Positions 9,626 through 18,488 of a DNA stretch of 64,000 nt are shown one piece after another (position 1 is the first letter of the stretch; each line of letters starts with the position of its first letter). A program made the position numbers and the translations under genes. The stretch is from positions 1,248,001 to 1,312,000 of the forward strand of contig CAWDML010000001.1 in assembly GCA_963803435.1 (NCBI GenBank), read 5' to 3'. Source of the DNA: an uncultured delta proteobacterium. GTDB taxonomy: Bacteria; Myxococcota; Kuafuiibacteriia; Kuafuiibacteriales; Kuafuiibacteriaceae. A model generated the notes under the pieces. It was not told the origin of the DNA and did no database searches. It saw only the letters and a list, made by a program, of their open reading frames with translations.

Positions 9626-10693
9626 TCAAGCCGCGAAGCAATCCTTCATCCTCAGGAAGACGGCCTCGAAGTAGCGCCAGCTCAGCTTGGCGGTGAGGTA
9701 CGCGCCGACCGAGGTGAGAACGAAGGCGACGACCCACTGCTCCTTGGCGAAGAGATGGCCGCGAAGCAGCGCGCTGTAGACCAGCATGTGGAGCAGATAG
9801 ATCCCGTAGCTGACCACGCCCACGTCGGCGATCAGACGCAGAGAGAAGAGCGGCGCCAGGTGGTGATCCTCGCGCATCACGCAGCTCGTCACCAGGAGGG
9901 CGAAGAGGACGTAGATCAGCACCACATGCACGCCCTCCCAGCCGGTCGGGTCGAGGGACAGATGGATCAACACCAGGATCAGGATGACGCTGCTGGAGGT
10001 GCGGCGTCCCAGGATCGGCGCCAGGCGCTCGAACGAACGCCGGCGGTGGAGAAGATGCGCGAACATCACGCCGAGGAGGATCGGGATGGCGATGCGCGAC
10101 ACCAAGAGATAGCCGAGCGTCCCCTGCGGAAGGACGGCGCCGAGCAGTCCCAGCTGGAGGAGCGCTGCCACGCCGACCACCGCGCCCAGGATCGACAGCG
10201 TGACCCACGGGCCGAAGCGGCGCTCGAGCCAGGGCCAGGTCAGATAGAACTGCTCCTCGGTGGCGAGCGACCAGGCCAGCGCGAACATCGCGGGCTCGGG
10301 CACGATGAAGTTGGCGGTGTACGTGAGGTAGTACGGGAGATTGCCGAGGTATTCGTCCCCGCTGTGGACGAGCCCAGCGAGCGCGAGGACCGCCTGCACG
10401 GCGACGACGGCGTAGTAGAGCGGAAAGATGCGGAGGGTCCGGCGGAGGTAGAACTTCCGCATCGCGATGGTGCCCGACCGATCCTTCTCTCGAAGCAGGA
10501 GCGTCGTGATCAGAAAGCCGCTGATCGCGAAGAACAGGTTCACGCCCTCGGCGCCGCGCTGCGCCAGCGGGATCCGCTGAAACCCGTCCGCGGCGGTGTG
10601 GTGCCAGAGCACCATGAGGATGCTCAGGCAGCGGAGGCCGTCGAGAGAGCCGAAGCGCCGGGTGCCGAGGAAGACTTCGTGACGCGCGGTCAC
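9626..10693 (-). CDS. Acyltransferase family 3 (OafA/OatA-like O-acyltransferase)
   Basis: SLDGLRCLSILMVLWHH, GVNLFFAISGFLIT, FYLRRTLRIFPLYY, WSLATEEQFY, SYGIYLLH; GTG overlaps the upstream stop. Confidence 0.92.
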   Translation of the reverse strand: MTARHEVFLGTRRFGSLDGLRCLSILMVLWHHTAADGFQRIPLAQRGAEGVNLFFAISGFLITTLLLREKDRSGTIAMRKFYLRRTLRIFPLYYAVVAVQAVLALAGLVHSGDEYLGNLPYYLTYTANFIVPEPAMFALAWSLATEEQFYLTWPWLERRFGPWVTLSILGAVVGVAALLQLGLLGAVLPQGTLGYLLVSRIAIPILLGVMFAHLLHRRRSFERLAPILGRRTSSSVILILVLIHLSLDPTGWEGVHVVLIYVLFALLVTSCVMREDHHLAPLFSLRLIADVGVVSYGIYLLHMLVYSALLRGHLFAKEQWVVAFVLTSVGAYLTAKLSWRYFEAVFLRMKDCFAA

Positions 10694-11628
10694 GGCGTCG
10701 TTGTTAGCACCCGCGCCTTCGCATGCTCCAGCGCCTTCTCCGCCGCTTCCCGCTCTTCGGGCTTGAGGAGGCCTTCCTTCGCCTCCTCGAGGAACGGGAT
10801 CGCGCGATCGAACTGCTTCTGCTCCAGCAGCAGCGTGCCGTACGTGAGACGAAGATGTGCGTCCAACCTGCCCCGCTCCATCACCGGGTCGAGGTGCCGG
10901 CGGGCTCTGGGGAAGTCGAGCGCAGCGAAGTAGAGGATGCCGAGCTCGCGATGCGCGCGGAGATCCTCCGGATCGGCGGCGAGCTGGCGCTCCGCCTCCG
11001 CGAAGCGTGTGGCCTGCCTCGAGCAGAGGAGGCGGGCCCGCGCCTTTACGCTCTGCCAGAAGTAGCGGTAGCCGACGACCACCAAGGCGAGGTGGGCGGC
11101 CGCCGTGATCCCCGAGGCGATCGGCGTCTTGGAGAAGTCGTAGATGGTCTGGAAGTCGCCGGGAAAGATCAGGCAGAGCAGCGGATAGAACACCAGCACC
11201 AGGAACAGCGACTGGCGGCCCAGGTCGATCCACAGGATGTTGCGGACCGGGTGTCCGGGACGGCGCAGCCCCCACAGCATGCATGCGATCCCGATCAGGA
11301 GCGTCACGACGTTGCCGGCGAGCGCGATGGCGAAGTTGTTGAGGTCCGTCGACGGCGGGTGGGCGACCATGCCCATGTAGCCCAGAAACCAGAAGCCGGT
11401 CACCGGCAGGCCGCACGCCCAGACCGCCAGCGCATGGCCGAGCTCGTGAAGTAGCACGGTCGGCGGGATCAAGAGGTAGAAGGAGGCCGAGGAGGCGAGC
11501 TTGGCGTCTTCGCGGGAGAGGTCGTCGTCCCAGAGGTTCTTCCACTCCTTGATGACCTGCGTCAGTGTGCGGACGCCGAGAATGACGACCAGGATCGAGA
11601 GCGCTGCGAAGAAGCCGAGCTCGCTCAT
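10690..11628 (-). CDS. Membrane HExxH metallopeptidase (M50-like) with C-terminal TPRs
   Basis: VLLHELGH within TM segments, IALAGN, GDF; TPR-like helices AHRELGILYF...LTYGTLLLEQKQFDRAIPFLEEA. Confidence 0.72.
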   Translation of the reverse strand: MSELGFFAALSILVVILGVRTLTQVIKEWKNLWDDDLSREDAKLASSASFYLLIPPTVLLHELGHALAVWACGLPVTGFWFLGYMGMVAHPPSTDLNNFAIALAGNVVTLLIGIACMLWGLRRPGHPVRNILWIDLGRQSLFLVLVFYPLLCLIFPGDFQTIYDFSKTPIASGITAAAHLALVVVGYRYFWQSVKARARLLCSRQATRFAEAERQLAADPEDLRAHRELGILYFAALDFPRARRHLDPVMERGRLDAHLRLTYGTLLLEQKQFDRAIPFLEEAKEGLLKPEEREAAEKALEHAKARVLTTTP

Positions 11629-11635
11629 CTCGAGG

Positions 11636-12829
11636 TCAGGTCAGCTCCACCCCGAGCACGTGGTCGAGCGCGGTCAGCTCCGCGATCAAGGGCTCATCGG
11701 GACGCTGGGCCACCTTGATGCGTGCGCAGGCCGCCACGCCACCGGTAAAGATGACGTTCTCCATGGTCTCGACGTTGATCTCGGCGCGCTTGAGGGCGGC
11801 CAGGATCGACGCGAGCACGCCGACGCGATCGAGGTGGCGCACGACGATCGTGCCCTGGGAGGGCGGCGAGTGGAGGACGTTGACCGCGTTCTCCACCTCG
11901 CCGGTCTCGAGGTAGTGAACGACCACCGCCGCCGCAGCCTTCGCGATCTCGAACTGCGCCTGCTCGGTCGAGGCGCCGATGTGGTGGGTGCCGTAGACGT
12001 TGGGCAGCTTGCCCATGCGATCGTCGAAGGCGCCGGCCTTGGCCTCGGGCTCGTTCGCGAACACGTCGGTGCCGACGAAGATGGTCCCCTGCCGCGCGGC
12101 CTCGTAGAGCGCATCGTCGTCGACCACCTCGGCTCGGGCCGTGTTGATCAGCATGGCGCCGTGCTTCATTCGTCCCAGCAGATCGCGGTCGACGAGCCTG
12201 CGCGTGTGGGAGGACAGCGGGACGTGCAGACTGACGATGTCGCACTTGGTGAAGATCTGCTCGATCTCGGTGGCACGGGTGACGTGGCACCGCTCCGCCT
12301 GCTCGAGCGTGAGCGTACGGGAGTAGGCCATCACGTCCATCTCCAGGGCGCGGGCGCGCTTGGCCACGGCCCGCGCCACCGACCCGAAGCCCACCAGGCC
12401 GAGGCGCCGTCCCTTGATCCCGATGGCGCTGGAGAATCCGCCCTTGTTCCACTTGCCCTCGCGGAGATGCTGGACGTTGTCCGGGATGCGTCGATCGATC
12501 GCGAGCATCAGGCCGATCGCGAGCTCGGCGACGGCGATGCTGTTCTTGCCCGGGCAGTTGCTGACGTAGATGCCGCGCGCGCTGGCGGCCTCGACGTCGA
12601 TGGTGTTGACGCCGCTGCCGGCGCGCACGATCAGCTCCAGCTGATCCGCGGCGGCGATGGTCTCGCGGCTCACCTCGGTGCTGCGGACGATCAGGACCTT
12701 GGCGTTCGGGATGGCTTTAGGGAGTGCAGCAGCGCCGATCGACGGTTGAACGTCGACCTCGGCGCCGGCGGCGGTCAGGTCATCGATCGCTTCTCTCTGG
12801 AGCTTGTCGGCGATGAGGACGCGGGACAT
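11636..12829 (-). CDS. serA: D-3-phosphoglycerate dehydrogenase with ACT domain
   Basis: RAGSGVNTID, NSIAVAE, LGLVGFGSVA, SLHVP, INTARA, HIGASTEQAQ, C-terminal HLDRVGVLA ACT domain. Confidence 0.88.
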   Translation of the reverse strand: MSRVLIADKLQREAIDDLTAAGAEVDVQPSIGAAALPKAIPNAKVLIVRSTEVSRETIAAADQLELIVRAGSGVNTIDVEAASARGIYVSNCPGKNSIAVAELAIGLMLAIDRRIPDNVQHLREGKWNKGGFSSAIGIKGRRLGLVGFGSVARAVAKRARALEMDVMAYSRTLTLEQAERCHVTRATEIEQIFTKCDIVSLHVPLSSHTRRLVDRDLLGRMKHGAMLINTARAEVVDDDALYEAARQGTIFVGTDVFANEPEAKAGAFDDRMGKLPNVYGTHHIGASTEQAQFEIAKAAAAVVVHYLETGEVENAVNVLHSPPSQGTIVVRHLDRVGVLASILAALKRAEINVETMENVIFTGGVAACARIKVAQRPDEPLIAELTALDHVLGVELT

Positions 12830-12862
12830 CGGCGCGCTGGTATCAGGAAGCGCGCGGCTTGT

Positions 12863-13063
12863 TCAGTCCTTCTTGGAGACGTCGGCGATCTCGTTCGTGA
12901 CGAGATGGATGAGCTCGGAGGCCACTTCGAGGATCCGCTGGTTCGGGATTCCGTATTGCTTCATGTCGCGGAAGATCGTGCGGGCCAAGATCTTGGAGGA
13001 GCGCGCGTCCGGCCCATTCCCGTTGAGGGCCGGCAGGGTCGGAATCGTCTGGGGGGTGTGCAT
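12863..13063 (-). CDS. Small helical hypothetical protein
   Basis: Codon-biased ORF KILARTIFRDMKQYGIPNQRILEVASELIHLVT; AAAGGG upstream of ATG 13063. Confidence 0.65.
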   Translation of the reverse strand: MHTPQTIPTLPALNGNGPDARSSKILARTIFRDMKQYGIPNQRILEVASELIHLVTNEIADVSKKD

Positions 13064-13192
13064 GACGTCACGGCCCTTTCTCAAGACCCGTACCGCCGTG
13101 GGGGGACGAAGATCATTGGACAAAGGTAAACCGACTGAGCAGTCACGTGCGTACTTCCCGGCGCGGTGCGTAGTCGATTACGCACCGGATGG

Positions 13193-13208
13193 TGGCACCG
13201 CCCGTGCG
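13193..13208 (+). promoter_or_regulatory. Possible sigma54 -24/-12 promoter
   Basis: TGGCACCGCCCGTGCG has GG-N10-GC spacing with an exact TGGCAC, ~40 nt before ATG 13250. Confidence 0.35.
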
Positions 13209-13249
13209 CTGTTTCACTTTTGATTCCGCGCGTCTAGACATGGACGTAC

Positions 13250-14863
13250 ATGACGCGACGCGATAGCCGTGGGTCGGTGCGGGTGCGTGTCGAGGTGTCG
13301 CGAGCCCACGATGCGGGCCTCGAGCTCGACGACCTGCGGGCCGCGATCGCCGATCGATTGGGCGTCGGACCGTCCGCGATCACGGAGGTGACGATCGTGC
13401 GTCGCGCCCTGGACGCCCGCCGTGCGATCCGGGTCCCCACCTGGCACCTCACCGTGGAGGCCGAGGTCCAGGGCCGGATCCGCGAGGGCGTGCGCCTTCC
13501 GATCCCCGCTCGAGCGGCCCGCCTGACCTCGCCGCCCGCCGGGCTGGCCCCCATCGCCGTGATCGGTGCAGGGCCTGCGGGTCTGTTCGCGGCCTGGCAT
13601 CTGGCCGAGCACGGCGCGCGGGTCATCCTGATCGAGCGGGGCAAGCCCGTCGAGACGCGCGCCCGCGACTTCGGCCAATTTCGCGGCCGCGGGCGCCTCG
13701 ATCCGGAGTCGAACATCTGCTTCGGAGAGGGCGGCGCCGGCACGTACAGCGACGGCAAGCTCACCACGCGCAAGAACGATCCGCTGGTGCGCGAGGTCCT
13801 CGAGCGCCTCGTCGAGGTCGGCGCCCCTGCGCGGATCCTCGTCGACGCCAAGCCGCACATTGGTACCAACAAGCTGTTCGGGATGCTGAAGGGCCTCCGC
13901 GCGCGCCTGATCGAGCTCGGCGTCGACGTGCGGTTCCAGACCCGGGTCGACCGCCTCCGCCTCTCGCAAGGTCGGTTGACCGCGCTCGAGACCAGCGCCG
14001 GGATCATCGAAGCCGGGGCTGCCGTCCTCGCGATCGGACACTCGGCCCGCGACACGTTCGAGGCGCTCCTCGCCCAGGGCGTTCCGATGGAGCCCAAGCC
14101 GTTCGCGGTGGGCGTCCGCGCCGAGCACCCACAAGCGCTGATCGATCGAGCCCAGTACCGCCTGGGTGGCCGGCCGCCCACGCTGCCGCCCGCAGACTAC
14201 CGGCTCACGCACGACGAGCACGGCCGCGGCATCTACTCCTTCTGCATGTGTCCGGGTGGCATGGTGATCCCGAGCGCGACCGAGCCCGGCATGGTGGTCG
14301 TGAACGGCATGTCGACGGCGCGGCGCTCCAGCCCGTTCGCCAACTCGGGCGTGGTGGTGCAGGTCAACCTCGTCGATCTCGAGCGCGAGGGTTTCGGCAT
14401 GGGTCCGCTGGCCGGCATCGAGTTTCAGCGGGCGCTCGAGCGGCGGGCCTTCGAGGCGGGCGGCGGCGGCTATCAAGCGCCCGCGATGACCGCGAGCGAT
14501 CTGGTGATGGGGCGCGCCTCCGGACGCCTGGCGGACAGCCACTTCCGGCCCGGGCTGACGGCCTTCGATCTGCGTGAGGCGCTGCCGGCGTTCGTCGTCG
14601 ACGACCTGCGGGCCGCCCTGGCGCACTTCAATCGGATCATTCACGGCTACGCCTCGGACGAGGCGAACCTGATCGCGGTCGAGTCGCGCACCAGCTCTCC
14701 GCTCAGGATCCCGCGCGATCCGGAGACGATGCAGGTGAACGGCTTCCCGGGGCTGTACGCAGCCGGCGAGGGCCCGGGCTACGCGGGCGGCATCATGAGC
14801 GCGGCGATGGACGGCCTCAAGGTCGCGCACGCGCTGCTCGTCAATGGTGCGGGCGAAAGATGA
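13250..14863 (+). CDS. FAD-dependent oxidoreductase (COG2509-type)
   Basis: IGAGPAGLFAA, FGEGGAGTYSDGKL, KPHIGT, SFCMCPGG, ESRTSSP, GEGPGYAGGIMSAA. Confidence 0.92.
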   Translation: MTRRDSRGSVRVRVEVSRAHDAGLELDDLRAAIADRLGVGPSAITEVTIVRRALDARRAIRVPTWHLTVEAEVQGRIREGVRLPIPARAARLTSPPAGLAPIAVIGAGPAGLFAAWHLAEHGARVILIERGKPVETRARDFGQFRGRGRLDPESNICFGEGGAGTYSDGKLTTRKNDPLVREVLERLVEVGAPARILVDAKPHIGTNKLFGMLKGLRARLIELGVDVRFQTRVDRLRLSQGRLTALETSAGIIEAGAAVLAIGHSARDTFEALLAQGVPMEPKPFAVGVRAEHPQALIDRAQYRLGGRPPTLPPADYRLTHDEHGRGIYSFCMCPGGMVIPSATEPGMVVVNGMSTARRSSPFANSGVVVQVNLVDLEREGFGMGPLAGIEFQRALERRAFEAGGGGYQAPAMTASDLVMGRASGRLADSHFRPGLTAFDLREALPAFVVDDLRAALAHFNRIIHGYASDEANLIAVESRTSSPLRIPRDPETMQVNGFPGLYAAGEGPGYAGGIMSAAMDGLKVAHALLVNGAGER

Positions 14864-15233
14864 ACTGACCGGTCTCCTCGAGGTGCTTGCGGACGTCCGG
14901 GTTCTCGTCGAGGAACGCCTTGAGGCTCTCCTCGGAGATGTCGACGACCAGATCCTCGCCGTTGATCTCGGCCTGGCAGCCGAGGCGCGAGCTGAGCTTC
15001 ACGTCGAACGCGAGGTCGAGGCGGTCCGCCTCCTTGTCCGACATGTCTTCGAGGGAGTCGAGGCCCTCGACCACGTAGACGTGGCAGGTCGAGCATCCGC
15101 ACACGCCGCCGCAGTTGGAGCCGACCGGAATCCCCTGGCTGTTGGCCGCCTCCAGGATGGTGGTCCCGTCCTCCACGTCGAGCGTGTGGTCCTCCTCGAG
15201 GAGCCGGTTCTTCTTGAAGACGATCTTCGGCAT
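14841..15233 (-). CDS. fdx: 2Fe-2S ferredoxin (adrenodoxin/ISC type)
   Basis: CGGVCGCSTCHVYV...SRLGCQ. Confidence 0.9.
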   Translation of the reverse strand: MPKIVFKKNRLLEEDHTLDVEDGTTILEAANSQGIPVGSNCGGVCGCSTCHVYVVEGLDSLEDMSDKEADRLDLAFDVKLSSRLGCQAEINGEDLVVDISEESLKAFLDENPDVRKHLEETGQFIFRPHH

Positions 15234-15240
15234 CGCATCC

Positions 15241-16296
15241 TCATCCGAACGCTTGGCGTTCGTCGTATTGCGGCGCCTCCGATCGATCGCGCTCCACCGC
15301 CCTGAGGAAGAACGCTTCGATGGCGTCGATGACCTGTTCCTGAGTCTCGAGCTGGACGGCGCGCTCGCGGAAGGCCGAGCCGTCCTGCATCCCGCGGCTG
15401 TACCAGATCAAGTGCTGGCGGAACTTCCGGATCGCGGAGACCTCGTCACCGACGTGCTCGACCTGCTCGAGGAGGTGGCGGATGATCATCCGCGTGCGCT
15501 CCTCGCGCGACGGTCGAGGCGGAGGCGGGTGCCCGGCGTGGGCGGCGGCCAGCTCGCGGAAGATCCAGGGATTGCCGAGCGCGGCCCGCCCGATCATCAC
15601 GGCGGCGCAGCCGGTCTCCCGCACCACCCGATCGGCGCTGTCGACGTCGACGATGTCGCCGTTCGCGATGACCGGGATCGAGACGGCGCTCACCACCGCC
15701 GCCGTCAGGCTCCAGTCGGCGCGGCCCGAGTAGCCCTGCGTGCGCGTCCGCGGATGGATCGCGAGGGCCGCCACGCCAGCGTCGGCGAGCGCCCTGCTCA
15801 CCTCGGCCGCGTTCCGGTTGTTCTGATCCCAGCCGCCGCGGATCTTCGCGGTGATCGGCACGCTCTCCCCGATCCGCATGCGCATCGCGCGCACGATCGC
15901 GGCGGCGCGGGCGGGATCGCACATGAGCGCCGAGCCCGCGCCGTTGCGGGTCACCTTCTTCACCGGGCAGCCCATGTTGATGTCGAGGATGCGAGCGCCG
16001 CGCTCGACAGCAATCTCGGCAGCCTTGGCCATCGAGTCGGGATCGCCGCCGAACACCTGCACGGACAGGCTGGGCTCCTTCTTGGGATCGTGGCGGAGGT
16101 ACGCCTGCGTCCGGGCATTCGCGTACTCGAGGCCCTTGGCGCTGACCAGCTCGGTGGGCGCAAGCCCGGCGCCCAGCTCCTGCGCGATGACCCGGTAGGG
16201 TGCCTCGGAGACGCCCGCCATCGGGGCCATGATCACGGGGCGCGCGAGCCGATAGGGCCCGATCGAGAGCGCTCCGAGGTGGGCGAGGCCAGGCAC
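15241..16296 (-). CDS. dusB: tRNA-dihydrouridine synthase
   Basis: MAPMAGVS, DINMGCPVKKV, GAGSALM, HPRTRTQGYSG, ANGDI, MIGRAALGNPWIF. Confidence 0.92.
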   Translation of the reverse strand: MPGLAHLGALSIGPYRLARPVIMAPMAGVSEAPYRVIAQELGAGLAPTELVSAKGLEYANARTQAYLRHDPKKEPSLSVQVFGGDPDSMAKAAEIAVERGARILDINMGCPVKKVTRNGAGSALMCDPARAAAIVRAMRMRIGESVPITAKIRGGWDQNNRNAAEVSRALADAGVAALAIHPRTRTQGYSGRADWSLTAAVVSAVSIPVIANGDIVDVDSADRVVRETGCAAVMIGRAALGNPWIFRELAAAHAGHPPPPRPSREERTRMIIRHLLEQVEHVGDEVSAIRKFRQHLIWYSRGMQDGSAFRERAVQLETQEQVIDAIEAFFLRAVERDRSEAPQYDERQAFG

Positions 16297-16348
16297 CCCT
16301 CACCGCTAAGACACGGGGGTCCGCGCGCCAAGTCGTTTTTGGGCGATC

Positions 16349-17653
16349 TCAGGCGGACTCGTCCGACGCGACCTCGCGCTTCTGACTGCGCTGCATGAAC
16401 TCCGCCGTCTGCCGGAGCCCGGCGCGGCGGGCGGAGGTCACGACGAACCGAACCGGGGTCAGGTGATAGAACCGGCTGCCGTGACGCTTGAGCGCCTGGG
16501 GATCGACGTCGACGCCGAGCCCGGGGAGGTTCGGCACGGGCAGCTGGCCGTCGGGTCGCACGTGAAGCGGTGCAGTGAGGATCGCGTCTCGGTGCTCCGC
16601 GATCATCGCGGGCGGCTCCCATGGATACTCGAGGCGCGACGCGACATCGCCGGTCTTCTGCTTCCACGCGGCCAGCGCGTGCAGGTTCGCAGTGAGGGTG
16701 AGGCCGTCACCGTTCGACGACGGCTCGAAGCCGATGCCGCGCTCGTGACAGCCGCGCATCGTTCGCACCACGTTGTCGAGCCCGGCGAAGGTGGCGTCGG
16801 GCGTGAGCACCGAGTAGCAGCGCTGTTGAAGCATGGCGCGAAGCGAGATGAAGCTGACGGAGAGGACACCGCCCGCGATCGGGACCTTCGCCTCGGAGGT
16901 CAGCTCGGTGAGCTCGTCCCAGGCCTCGTCGTGCAGGGGCTCCTGCACCCAGCGATAGTCGAGCTCGGCGGCCCGCGCAACGAATCGGCGGGCGCGATCG
17001 AGATCCCAGCGGGCCACGCTCTCGACCAGCGAGACGCTCCAGGCCTGATGCGCGTGGACCACCAGCTCGAAATGGGGACCCGCCGCCGCCCGAGCCTGTT
17101 CGAGCTGCTCGAGATCGTCGCGCTCGCCGGCGCCGTGGACGGAGATCTTGGCCGCGGTGAAGCCGTTGCGCTGGGCCCGCTCGATCGATTCGGCGCGGAC
17201 CATGGGCGCCCGCAGCTCCCGGAAGGAGGCGTAGACGGGGACCGCCTCGGGTGCGCGGGGACCGCCGTCGGGCGGAGCGCCGAAGGCCCGCTCGTAGATC
17301 AGGGTATGGAGCGGGACCCGCTGCGCCTTCGCCGCCACATCCCAGAACGCGACGTCCATCCAGCTGTTTCGCCAGCCGAGGTAGGACGCCTGTCGAAGGC
17401 GTTCGCGGACGACGTCGAGATCGTACGGATCGATCCCGAGGAGGAATTGACCGATGTAATCGCCCAGGCTCTGCCGCTCGTGATCGAATGCAGGACCGCT
17501 TGCGTAGCCCATCAGACCGTCGCCGGTGGTGAGCACCAGGAGCGTGGAGCACTGCCGGTATTGCGGATATCCCGGGATCCAGACGGGGAAGAGCGCAGTC
17601 GGGAGGGGGACGTCCAGATGATACAGCTCGATCTTTTCGATCTTCCCCGCCAC
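16349..17653 (-). CDS. Mandelate racemase/muconate lactonizing (enolase) superfamily protein with degenerate active site
   Basis: DVAFWDVAAKAQRVPLH, PVYAS, QEPL, PIAGG, PNLPGLGVDVD; start chosen at GTG 17653 after GGAG (alternatives 17656 and 17683). Confidence 0.85.
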   Translation of the reverse strand: MAGKIEKIELYHLDVPLPTALFPVWIPGYPQYRQCSTLLVLTTGDGLMGYASGPAFDHERQSLGDYIGQFLLGIDPYDLDVVRERLRQASYLGWRNSWMDVAFWDVAAKAQRVPLHTLIYERAFGAPPDGGPRAPEAVPVYASFRELRAPMVRAESIERAQRNGFTAAKISVHGAGERDDLEQLEQARAAAGPHFELVVHAHQAWSVSLVESVARWDLDRARRFVARAAELDYRWVQEPLHDEAWDELTELTSEAKVPIAGGVLSVSFISLRAMLQQRCYSVLTPDATFAGLDNVVRTMRGCHERGIGFEPSSNGDGLTLTANLHALAAWKQKTGDVASRLEYPWEPPAMIAEHRDAILTAPLHVRPDGQLPVPNLPGLGVDVDPQALKRHGSRFYHLTPVRFVVTSARRAGLRQTAEFMQRSQKREVASDESA

Positions 17654-17696
17654 CACCGGCTCCAGCGTGACACGGTGCGGCAACTTGACGCCGAGG

Positions 17697-17924
17697 TCAA
17701 CGCCGCCTGCGGAGGAATCCGAGGCCGAGGGCGATCACGAGCAGGCTCCCTCCCAGGTGCGACCTGGCCCCGGTGGCGCATTCGCACCCGCCCCGGATCC
17801 CGTTTCGCGTCGGGCTTCCCGCCGTCACCGGTGATTCCGGCGCCTTCGGCGACTCGGCGGGCATGTCGGAGCCCAAGCCGGGATCGACCGGGCCTGTGCC
17901 GACCTGCCCCGGATCGTCCGGCGG
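17697..17924 (-). pseudogene. 3' remnant of a MYXO-CTERM surface-protein gene
   Basis: Frame reads PPDDPGQVGTGPVDPGLGSDMPAESPKAPESPVTAGSPTRNGIRGGCECATGARSHLGGSLLVIALGLGFLRRRR*, i.e. GCxC, hydrophobic stretch, RRRR; no signal peptide or N-terminus. Confidence 0.75.
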
Positions 17925-18334
17925 CCTCGACGGCCCGCGCGCCTCGGCTTGCGGCCTTGTGCGTGCGCTGCGGTGGCCATCCGCGCCGGTCGAGGTCTCC
18001 CGCGTTCAACGTCTTCCTTTCGTGGCGTGCTGCCCCTGTTACCCCGGGAGAGCGGAACGCTTCGCGCATCGAGCCGCTGTTCACGTCCGTCCTGCCTTCG
18101 CCCTGTTCCGAGGGGCTCGGCCTCTCCATATCCTTACGAGGCGACGGCTGGGTTCGCTTCGCGCTGCGGCCCGCCACTTCGCAGCCACGGATTGCCGCCC
18201 GTGACCGTTCTGATCCCGCTTCTGCTGGGCACACCTCGCGGCGCCACGCAGGGGATCTGGCTACCTGACTGCTCGATTACTATCAGGGCAGGCTCCTCTC
18301 ATCCTGCTAGGAACGACGCCGCTTCGCGGCGCAC
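17925..18334 (-). ncRNA. Group II intron 5' fragment (domain I only; no RT ORF, no DV/DVI)
   Basis: Starts GTGCGCCG; has GCCTCGTAA, a GCCGAGCCC-loop-GGGCGAAGGC EBS1 stem, CCCGGGGT, AACGCGGGAGACCT and a CCTCGAC...GTCGAGG stem; EBS1 CGGAAC (18110-18105) pairs with the 5' flank GTTCTG (18340-18335). Confidence 0.82.
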
Positions 18335-18488
18335 CAGAACGACGAAACAGCAAACTGCGAACGGAACGGTTTCTGGACTGGCTCTTAGCTCCGAGTCCTC
18401 TGCACCACACCGCGATCGCATGCCACCCGACCGGGCGTCGATCGGGGCACCGAGTCACCAGAGTTGGGGAACGATGGCGCGTCGTGGG

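Noticed and set aside
17790-17822. AAGCCCGACGCGAAACGGG (minus) as a group II intron domain V
   Set aside because: Lacks the proper DV stem and AC bulge and has no DVI; better explained as coding sequence of the MYXO-CTERM remnant
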